Source: Dipteris shenzhenensis (Eukaryota). From it: DNA of 64,000 nucleotides. Of the stretch, positions 13,185 through 23,369 are shown piece after piece. The notes under the pieces are model-generated. The model saw nothing but the letters and a program-made list of their open reading frames with translations. It was not told the DNA's origin and ran no database searches. A program made the position numbers and the translations under genes. Position 1 is the first letter of the stretch. The number at the start of each line of letters is the position of its first letter. Where the stretch lies: assembly GCA_047967505.1 (NCBI GenBank), contig CM106538.1; one strand, 5' to 3'.

Positions 13185-13470
13185 ATAACAAACTCTCTTA
13201 AGTGTCTCAACGTCCTTCACCATCAAGGTGACCCTATGAGTATGAGCAGCAACAATCATGCTATCTTGGAACTATCATCCAATCTTCAGCTGACTCAGAG
13301 GGCAAACAATGCAGACCTATGCCATCTATAACCTAATCGATTGTCATCACATATCTCCCTCACAAGCCTTTAAAAGGGAGCCTTAGGTATTGCATATCTG
13401 ATGGCCTTTTGTGCCTTCCTTATCTCCGTAAGCACTGACACCTTTTGAGAAACCCTCCTCTTCTTTGCTT
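13185..13470 (-). pseudogene. Histone H3/CENH3-like histone-fold domain
   Basis: KKRRVSQKVSVLTEIRKAQKAIRYAIPKAPF*RLVREICDDNRLGYRWHRSALFAL/ESAEDWMI/FQDSMIVAAHTHRVTLMVKDVETLKRVC aligns along the H3 fold ALREIRKYQK...KLPFQRLVREIAQ...[48 protein letters not shown]. Confidence 0.85.
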
Positions 13471-13719
13471 GTTTGAGGATATGCACAGACTTCCCTTTCT
13501 TGTTATGAGATCCTTTGACAACACTGGCACTAGCAACAATAGGGGCAGTGGCAGCTTAAGCAATGGGAGGCCTCTTACCAACCACCCTGGCTGTTTGCTT
13601 TGTCCTTGCCATGATAGTCTTCCAGCCTGCAAGCAAGAGCTTCATTAGAGAAGTAGTCCCTATTGGCCCTGTAGACGAAGAAGAGCAAGACGAAACCTGT
13701 AACAAGTGGATATGCAAAA

Positions 13720-16345
13720 ATGTGTTTAAGAAAGCGATTTAGAGGGTTGGGAGTTGTCCAACAAGCCAAATTGCTTTCTTAAGCACATTATTGAAAAACT
13801 ATAGCAAACAACATGTTTCTCTCTCACATTCCACATACCAAATCACTTTCTTAAGCACATTATTGAAAAACTATACCAAATAGCATGTTTCTCTATCACA
13901 TTCCATTAAATTGATCCAAAGTCCACCAACCCAGTTGAGAGATAACACAACCAGCAATGTAGAAATCAAAAGTAGTCCCTATTGGCTTTGTAGAGGAAGA
14001 AAAGCAAGACAAAATATGCAACGAGAAACAGATGTAAAACTGTGCTTAAGAAAGCAATTTGGAGGGTTGGGTTGTCCAACGGGCCAAATCGCTTTCTTAA
14101 GCACATTCCTGAAATTATGTTCCATACAATCTGTTTATCTCTCACAGTCCACTAAATTGATAATAAGGCCACATAAACAATAATGTATAAAATCAATAGT
14201 ATCTAAACAAATTTCAAAACATCATATATGATTCCAACATAAATATATACTAAGAAATTGATGCCCCTACTTCAGAACAAACTAACACAATTTATACATG
14301 TGCCTAAGAAAGCGACTTTGAGGTTTGGGAGAATGCCCAGCATCCCAAATCACTTTCTTAAGCACATTCTACCTATTACTACAGATTTTCACCTAGTGTT
14401 TCGATTGCCAAGTACCTTTTAGAAGCTTGAAGAGAATAGCATCACTAGAATTCCAAATGAAAAAGCAATTGATGCTCCTACTTCAAAACAAACTACCCTT
14501 GGAACTAACTTCATAGAAGTGCCTAAGAAAGCGATTTTGAGTGTTGAGGGGATGCCCAAGATCCCAAATCACTTTGTTGAGCACACTAGAGGTATGTCTC
14601 CAAATTTTTCCAAAATGTTACGATTTCCAAATACATTCACAAGATTGCAGAGAACATCGCCAACAATTTTTTTTTTTTTTAAACTTGTGTAGAAGTGTGC
14701 ATAAGAAAGCAATTTTCAGAGTTGGTAACAAGACCAACAGACCAACATGAGCACATTTCCAATATCATCTACCAAATTCCAAACACATGTGCATTTTGTG
14801 CCCTGTCCAAATAAATTTTTGATGTGTGCTTAAGAAAGTGATTTGCAATGTTGGAGCCTTGCCCAATAGCTCAAATCGCTTTCTGGAGCACACTTTACTA
14901 GCACATTTCCAATATAATTTACCAGATTCCACACGTGCATTTTGTGCTCTGTCTAAAGGAATTTTTTATTTGTGCTTAAGAAAGTGATTTCGAGTGTTGG
15001 AGCCTAGCCCAATAGCTCAAATTAGTTTCTCTTGAGTACACTTTACTATCTGAGTATATTCCAAACAGGGTGGGACTTCATCATACCAAGCCTACAAGTC
15101 AGTTTCTATAGCGTGGAGAGATTGCGGTTGATGGATGTGGAGCGCACACGATGGAGCAAGATAGGATCAAAGAGAACAAATTGGAGTGGGAGCAATGGTA
15201 TGAGATAGGAGAGAGCTTTAAAAAGTAGGCGATTGACGTACCAGGAGAGGTATATGCACCCATCTCCAAAAATGATCAAGCCACCTTGGAATGTGTGTAT
15301 ACATGTGTGCCATAAAGAGAAGGACTCCCTATTTATCCCCCAGGTACAGCTATCATACATGCCATGAATAGAAGCATGTCATAATAAAGGCATCATCACT
15401 AAGAATCGTGCCCATCAATGGCTATAGTATGGCATTGGGAGTCGTGCCCATAGGTATACAAGACTAGAAAGGCTTACTGAACACCTCCCACTCTCTGATT
15501 CTCGCTTGCCATCTTGTGTTCTCCCTTTCGACCTCCTATAGCACATCCATACTCTCCTCTCCTCCACAACGTACTCTACTCTTCTGACCACCTACAGCAC
15601 TACCATACTCTGCTCGTCTTCCCATCTCGATTCTCAGATAGCAGTAGCAAACATCTTTGGTCATGCTTGGAATGGAGCAGCACCAAGGAGGTATGCACTA
15701 ACCCGATGTTTGCAAGAGTGAAATTTTATTTTTTAAATGCATGACAATAGGTCAAATCCTTCTTTTAGCACAATCCTAGGATTGTGCTTAAGAAAGCGAT
15801 TTGAGGGAGTGGAGGCTTGGCCAATAGGCCAAATCGCTTAAGCACTATCACTTAAGAAAGCGATTTGAGGGAGTGGAGGCCTGGCCAACATGCCAAATTG
15901 CTTACTTAAGCACAATCGCTTAAGAAAGCGATTTGATGGAGTGGAGGCCTAGCCAACATGCCAAATCCCTTTCTTAAGCACAATCTTTAGGAGTGGAGGC
16001 CTGACCAAGAGGCCAAATCCCTTTTTTAAGCACAATCTTAATGCCAAATTGCTTACTTAAGCACAATCACTTAAGAAAGTGATTTGATGGAGTGGAGGCC
16101 TAGCCAACATGCCAAATCCCTTTCTTAAGCACAATCTTTAGGAGTGGAGGCCTGACCAACAGGCCAAATCCCTTTCTTAAGCACAATATTAAGATTGTGC
16201 TTAAGAAAGGGATTTGGCCTCTTGGCCATGCCTCCACTCCCTCAAATCGCTTTCTTAAGCACAATCATGACAAGGTGCTCAAGAAGGCGATTTTGGTCTC
16301 CTCTCTAGACATGGCCGACAAGCAAAATTGCTTTGTTAAGCACAT
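13720..16345. repeat. Array of ~65-bp palindromic repeats TGTGCTTAAGAAAGCGATTTG-N~23-CAAATCGCTTTCTTAAGCACA
   Basis: Roughly 14-16 full or half copies, e.g. 13721, 14041, 14299, 14518, 14826, 14971, 15783, 15850, 15917, 16068, 16196, 16274. Confidence 0.9.
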
Positions 16346-17148
16346 TCTTGTGTTCCCTTGGGTTAGATTATTTCTTAGGTATATTCTTCTTCATGACATT
16401 CAAGCAATATTTGACTTGAGGGAAGATTGCATGCTAGCATTGATTGCCCAAGCCTGCCCTTTGGATTCTGAGATCATTACAAAGGATGACCCTTTCCACG
16501 GCATGGAAGACAACTTCAACTCATAGGAATATCTATCCACGTGCTTTGAGGAAGCTCAAAAATATATGGGAGACTATTATCTTGCTTACACTGCCTATGC
16601 CCTTTGCACGTGGCATTACAAGCCCTCTGAACTTAGATGTTCATGGGAAATAGCATCTTCTCAGGTTTAGAGAGCCAGCTTTAGTGCATAAAGCCAATCA
16701 ATATGAAGAAGACAATCCAATTAAACAACAAGAGAGGCAACAAGTGGAAGATAAAAAGGCAGAGGTGCAAGATAATCCTATTGATGAGATTTCAAAAGAT
16801 GCCAGCAATTAAAGTTGCAAAGAGGGCCTTTAGTCTTAGCTAGAGAAAGTTAGTTAAATACAACACAGAAAACAAGCATCATATAGTCACTGTTTTGACT
16901 ATAGTGATTGTACAAACATTATATTGTTAGTAAGCTTTCAAACTCTTGCAAAGTGTAGCAATTGATTTTGAATCATATTGTATCTTTGCATTTGACATTA
17001 GTTGTATTGAATTTCAAATGTTGCATCATATAGCCACCAATTTACTATAGGAACTTAAGTCTACATGTATTGAATTTGCAAATTTTACATAATATAGTCA
17101 ATGCTTTGCTCTACTACACTGTACATTATACATTTTGTTACAAAGTTC

Positions 17149-20100
17149 CTAAGCTCTATCTATCCACCTGTGGTTCACAAAAAAAAAAAAGTCTTTGATT
17201 GTCTCGATTCCGAAATATTTCAATACTATCGATCGTGTGAGTCCAGGGAAAGAGTAATTCATCGGCCATATTTTGGGTGTGTAGGCGGCTGCCATCTGAT
17301 GCCTTCTTCGTGTAGGGGCAATGACCTGTCTCCCTCCGTGTGTATCTTTGGGATTACGTAAAGAGTTATCCAAGATTTGCCTTCTTCTTTCTTTTTGGGC
17401 CATCTTGAATGCTAGTTTGACTTTTGATGCGACCACTTTTTCTTACATTGCAACCTTTGTAGTATACATCCATAGAACCACTGGAAAATTTCTTTGAGGC
17501 TATTCGCCTTATGTGCTCCTCCAAAATGTTGTGTATGTCAAAAAAATGCATTTAGTGCTGTGTAATGAGACTTCTCCATTCCCTAAGTTGACCAAATTGC
17601 AGGGCATCCATATGTTTTTACAAAATATGGAAGATGGTTGTAGATAATATGCTGCAATTACAATAAACAAGAAGTCATATTCTGTTGTTAAGAGATAACA
17701 TAAGAAAATGCCAGTAAGAAAAGAGTGAAATTGTATTACCATGTAATGTGTCATGTTGCAAGTTTTCCAAGCTTCTTTCATTGACTTTCCAAAAGTCTTT
17801 AGTTCCTCCAATGCATGTTCCTTCTCATTCTTAGTTTAAATTTGTTTGTTAAAAAGTATGAAAAGCTTGTATAAGGATTTCCATACTTCTGTTTTAATAG
17901 TTCATGCAATTCTGTCTGCTTCATGATCTTTAATTGCATTGTGTACATGCCTCCAAATGCCATACTACAGTTTTGAAACATAGCGTGATTGTCTGCTTAG
18001 TTTCCTCTTGCCCTATGGGCTATGATAAAAACCTTATAGCCTTCACTTCACTAATAGATGGCTTGATGGGCACTTTTGTTCCATTCTTTGTTTTTTTAAG
18101 ATCTGTTGTGATATGAACATATCCTCCATGGAGACCAATGTCCGACAATACTTTCTCAATTGCTTGAAGTGCATCCTTCCTATGCTTTTCAGGACAAAGC
18201 TTCCAGGCAAAACCAATATACAAAAATACCAGCTTCTAGGCAAAGCCAATATACAAAAATACCAACTTCTCGATGATTCGACATAAAGCATGTAATGTGC
18301 ATACATGTACATTACACAAAGGGATATCAAGAATGGCTTTGAAATTGGGATCAACCTTATCTCTACTAGGTGTCTTCCTCCACCATTTGGGATCCATGAC
18401 ATATGATGGCTCCTTGCAGTAAAGGCATGGAGATTTTGAATTACCTCCTTTGCTTATGTTGAACATACACTTGAGGGTTTGAGGTCTCGCCTGCCATATG
18501 CCAATCAACTTGGAAATCACCTTTGTAGGCTCACGAAAGCAAAAGGATGCACAAGAGTGGAGCAAGAAGTGGAAGCTGTCACATCAACTAGTAGAATGAA
18601 AATGAAAGTACAAAATACTATAAAAGAGAACCCTAGGACCTAGTGTCCTAGTGGTACCACTAGTATTAGGTGTCATAAGACACTAAAAGTACTAGGTGAC
18701 CTAAGTGCCAATAACTAAAGCTACATGGCACATACCAAGGCCCAGAGGGCATTAATACGACCGAGAGAAGATGGCCTACAAACTCCCCTCCATGGTATGG
18801 GTTGAAGTATTCTAGAAACGTCTCAGAACACCTAGTATTTTCTGGTCATGGTGGCACATGTTCATCCAAAAGGATATAGCCACCTGTGAATGTACAAGGT
18901 ATGCCAGATCATGTAACAAAGGGAACCAAGTGTAAAGCCTATCAAAAGACTTCGAACTTGCGATGAGGAAGTGCCTTTGTAAACATATCTGCTATGTTGT
19001 CCTCTGTGGTGGGAAGGTAGGACAACTCTATGTCTCCTACTAACAACCGCTCTCGAACATAATGATAGTGAACTTCAATGTGCTTGGTACATGCATGAAA
19101 CATTGGATTACATGCAATGGCCAAAGCACTCTAGCTGTCAATGTAGACCATAGTGGAGGATGTATGGCAAATACCAGGATCTGTAAGTAACTGTCAAAGC
19201 TAGACACACTCTACTGTAGCGGTGAAGCTACCCTGTACTCAACCTCATAGCCTCATAGCTGGATGTGGCAACTGTTGGTTGCTTCTTGCTGAGCCAAGAG
19301 ATACATGAACTACCAAGCAAAAAATAATTTCCGGTATGTGAGTAACTGTTGAAGCCAAACACACTCTACTGTAGCAGTGAAGGCTGCCTTGTACTTAGCC
19401 TCACAGTTGGATGTGGCAACTATTCGTTGCTTCTTGCTGAGCTTAGAGATACATGAACTACCAAGAAAAAAACAGCTGGTATGTGACACTCTAATGTCGG
19501 AACAACCTGCCCAGTCACTATCCGTGTAAGCATGCATGATAAGTGAACCCTAATCACCATAAAAGAGGGCTAAATCTTGAGTGCCTCAGAGATATTTGAA
19601 GACTCTCTTCACTGCCTGCCAATGCTGTGAACTAGGCATGTGCATGGACCTGCTGAGCAGGGATTCTGCATACTGTAAGTCAAGTCTGGTGTGGCATAAG
19701 TAAATGAGACATCCAACAGCCTACTGGTGGTAAAGAGTGATATCACATGGTGGGCTCCCATCATGAGTTGAAAATTTGAAGCCAAGGTCCACTGGAGTAG
19801 ATACTAACAAGCTGAGAATTTGGCACCACCTCATCAATATTGGCAAGTTGTTCCATGAGGTCCTTGACCTCTGTCAAGTGTGCATCCATAGAGTCACCTT
19901 CATTAATGATGACTTCCTATAATTGCCTTCTTAAATATGCAACACGTGCCTCATTGCAAATATGATAAAGAGAAGAAAATTTGTCCCAAGCATCCTTTGA
20001 TGTCCTGCATGATCGGATGTGTGGAATAATGATTCTCTTGCATGATAAAGCAATACAGGAATGTGCATTTGCATCTCTTGCATCCCATCTTGTTTGTTCC

Positions 20101-22760
20101 TAAGTTGGAGGAGCAGCAACAGGGGTGCTAGAGGATAAAGCAGCAGGAGGAGTACCCTCTGCAGAGGGACCAATAGTAGGGGCAACCACTATAGCATTGG
20201 CTGCTAGCCTCAGATCGACCCTGAAACAATGTTCCAAAAATGCCTTACAACAAGAATATGTTGCATGAGATAAGACCACATCGGATAGTTGGTGCCATCC
20301 AACTTATCATCTTCACGAAGAATGCAAAATAAATCATGATTGTAGCCAACCATTGCAAATGGGACAAGTAAAAAAGCACTGACAAAGTGACCCAAAAGAT
20401 AGCCTCAAGGCTTACAACTGCAAAAAAATAGGACTTGCTATCCAAATCTGAAAAAGCCCCAAAATAAGCTATAATTTGCAAATGTGATCAAATGGCTTGC
20501 AATTTCTTGCCAAATTCACTGCAAATCTGAAAGAATTGTGCAATCTGCCTACAAAAGACCCAAAAGCCCCAATTTGTAGAGCAAAACTGAGCCAAAAATG
20601 GGGCAAATTCAAGAAAGCCCCAAATTGTCTGCAAATCTGCAATCTACTTGCAAAATCGTAAATCGAATGCAAAAGCCCCAAATGTCACAAAAAAATTGCA
20701 GATCTACTGCAATGTCTGCTCCAGACGGTACGTAATGTACGGAATTGTACGGACACTGAAGTACATAAATGTTTAGACATCGAAACTGTGCAAAAATTTA
20801 AAAACTGTAAAATTGTACGAAAATTCGTACAACTGTACGGACATTACATAAATCCATACAATTGTACGGATCGATTTTGACGCGCTGTACATGCAAAAGG
20901 GAAATTTCGACAGTTGATGCATCGTATGGAAATCCGTACGACTGTACAGGATCATACGGATAGCAAGTCACAGGGTTGCGTCGGAGCTGTGCATTGACGT
21001 CCGGTAGTTGAGCTTGACGATGGAGCTAAAGTGCGGAAGCCAGAGCTGGAAGTAGGAAGCTAGGAGTAGGGAGCAGGTCCGAGAAGGAAGTGCTCTGATA
21101 TCATAGTAGGCTCATGGATACAAAAGGATTAAGAGTGGAGCAAGAAGTGGAAGCCATCACATCAACTAGTAGAATGAAAACGAAAGTACAAAGTACTATA
21201 AAAGAGAACCCTAAGACCTAGTGTCCTAGTGGTACCACTAGTACTAGGTGTCATAAGACACAAAGTACTAAGTGACCTAAGTGCCAATAACTAAAGCTAC
21301 ATGGTACATACCAGGCCTCAGAGGGCATCAATACGACCAGGAGAAGATGGCCTACAACCTTTGCCACAACCATGCAGATACCCTCCTTGAACTTGTCCTT
21401 TAATAATTGTTGGTATTTCTGTTTGTTGGAATACCCAATCAAGAGTTTGGTGGTCCTCTGTCTTAATCTGGCATAGAAATTACAATTGAAGATTCAGACA
21501 TTAATAAATACATTATACTTCTGAAAAAACCACTTTCAATCCAAGTGTGTGCTTACCTTAAATGCGCCTAGCCACCAAATGTGCTTTTCTGATTGCACAC
21601 TGGAGTATGTGCTTACCTTAAATGCACTCACCCACCAAATGTGCTTTTCTTATTGCAGACTGGAGTGTTTTGGGTCTATTGTTGTAATTGAGGGGGTCAA
21701 GAGCTATGTTCATTAGAGTGATGGTCACTCATTCAATCTTTTTCTCCTTGATAATTTCACATTCGTCTCTTTATAACAAGTTTCAGGAGCCCCTGGCACT
21801 CTTCAAATGCCATACCATAAAACTCAAGCATTCTCCTTTGCACGTGTTGAATATCGACAAAAATGTTGTTAAAAGAGTTATATACAGTGGTCCCCTTGTC
21901 ACTTTTGTACACTCCTTCAATATGCATACAATTTCTAATATAATCATCTACTTGTTGGTTGAGTAGGCCTCTTAACATCCACACTTCCATAGGCTTCGGT
22001 AAGAGCACACGTTTTATCCTTTGATCTTTCAAGGTTATTGATACTACATCAAAAATGGAAGTGTAACCTTTCTTGCTCACTCCACTCTCATTGTGTGCCC
22101 CTTGGATTACATTCACGTCAAATTTGTTTGTATCTACAAACTGTTGCACAACATTGCGTTTGATTGCTTAAAAATTTTTCTCCTCTACCATACTTTTTGT
22201 AATTGTAGTTGGTAGTAAACCTTTCGTTTGTTTTACTGGAGGGGCGTTAGGATCAACATTTTCTATATGAGGTTCAAGAAATTTCCTACAACATGCACAA
22301 ACAAAATAGTTTTTCCAAGCTCAATTGCTATAATCATTGAGTAATCATTGTCTCTGTGTTGCATTCAAAATTGCAAAAGCAAAAGCAGACTTACCTTGCT
22401 TCTTGATCTCTATGCTTGTATCCTCCACTGCCAGCTTTTAAATTTGCAAGGTTACAAATTTTTCTATTTCTAAGTCTATCTCCTAAGGGTGTGGCTTATC
22501 TTCTAGCTTTCCTTAACATCTTCTTTGTCATCATGTGTACTTCAATTTCTTTCTGTGGCTGCTCTTTCAATTTAGAGCTTTCTGCTACTTGTTGCAATTT
22601 CATTCCCATCTCTTATTGGTAAAAGCCTTTGTACATTTCCATAGTCGCAGATTGAGATTTGACATATCCAAGTAGGCCCTTATTGAGTAAAGTTACTAAT
22701 TGGACATCTTGGGTAAATGCTTCCATCACACCATAAATCGATATGTTGTAAACCTTCTAT
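17149..22760 (-). pseudogene. DDE transposase of RAG1/Transib/Chapaev type, intron-containing, interrupted by a copia element
   Basis: Reconstructed motifs in order: GVSKKGYTSI...LLPKPMEVWMLRGLLN; LKLVIK/DECE (D1 ~21766); VQSEKHIWWLGAFK|IKTEDHQTL; FQVDWHMAG/DL/TLKCMFNISKGGNSKSPCLYC (D2 ~18484); HVCTLHALCRI; MTHYM|HIIYNHLPYFVKTYGCPAIWST*GMEKSH (E at 17574-17576). Introns at 22394-22286, 21556-21468 and 17739-17652. Confidence 0.85.
18524..21356 (-). mobile_element. Ty1/copia LTR retrotransposon, internally deleted, inserted in the transposase gene
   Basis: LTRs 18524-18780 and ~21105-21356; TSD ACCTT (18519-18523 / 21357-21361); degenerate tRNA-iMet PBS at 21092-21103; PPT beside 18781; gag KLDGTNYPMWS, YTDSDWAG, HACTKHIEVHYHYVRE. 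Confidence 0.92.
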
Positions 22761-23337
22761 CCTCATGTTCTCTCTTTGAGTTGCACCTACTTGTAGACCC
22801 TTCCGTCATTTTTGCACAGGTGCATACTCTTCTTCTAAATCGATGTGGAGGAGGTAAAGTCTCTTCTTGCTAGATTGTTCTTTAGTGGCATAGTTGCATG
22901 TTGCCTTTTTTTTCAGCACTGTTATCTTGTTACTTCGCACCCTTGTCAACTTTTATAAAACAAACAAGGGACTTACCATGATAAATCCATGTTAATCTTT
23001 CGTAGGGATGGTTAAAATTTTGAAAAACAAAGATTCTTAAAGGTTAGTTATGAGTTTCTGACCATGGAATCTTGAGGCCTACATAAGTTAGCAACGATAA
23101 GTCCATATTTACCACGATAAGTCCATGTTTATCTGTCATGCAAAGGTTTAAATTTTTGAAAAACAAAGATTCTTAATCGTTAATTATGGGATTCTGACAC
23201 GAAAATGTATTGCTGCCATGAGTTAGGATGACACGAAACCTGTTTTAAAGAGAGAATATGATAGAACCATTTAATTCCAGTTCATTTTTGTAGATTTTGG
23301 AGCAAAGAAAAATAAGAAACTAGCAAATTTCTTATAG

Positions 23338-23369
23338 GGCCCCAAAATGAGTTCCCTTTTTTCCTAATG
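23338..23369 (-). repeat. Right TIR of the DNA transposon
   Basis: ggccccaaaatgagttcccttttttcctaatg. Confidence 0.92.

Larger units (their letters stand above)
11280..13640 (-). pseudogene. Transposon-borne gene B: histone H3/CENH3-like fold + Ulp1 (C48) SUMO-protease-like domain + C-terminal domain, with introns
   Basis: Manual minus-strand translation across stops, frameshifts and GT-AG introns: TEIRKAQK...IPKAPF*RLVREIC...RVTLMVKD, then VHVLDDPCMYPLL...VILLPYHS|NHWSLMCID...MNSI...APQEDDPHSCG. A single gene is inferred from order and strand. Confidence 0.75.
7396..23369. mobile_element. Large (~16 kb including a nested copia) TIR DNA transposon, Transib/RAG1/Chapaev-like, multi-gene, degenerate
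   Basis: 32-bp TIRs at 7396-7427 and 23338-23369 (one mismatch); internal DDE transposase pseudogene; a related short element at 62623-63363 has the same ends. No clear TSD. Confidence 0.88.

Noticed and set aside
13185-13470. Functional host CENH3/H3 gene
   Set aside because: It has a stop and frameshifts, is strongly divergent, continues into non-histone sequence and lies inside TIRs.
13720-16345. CRISPR-like array
   Set aside because: Eukaryotic context, irregular spacing, loops similar to each other rather than unique spacers, and no cas genes.
7396-23369. Ordinary plant CACTA or MULE element
   Set aside because: No paired CACTA termini with a 3-bp TSD, no long MULE TIRs with a 9-bp TSD, and no TnpD or MuDR motifs seen. 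A distant CMC relationship is not excluded.
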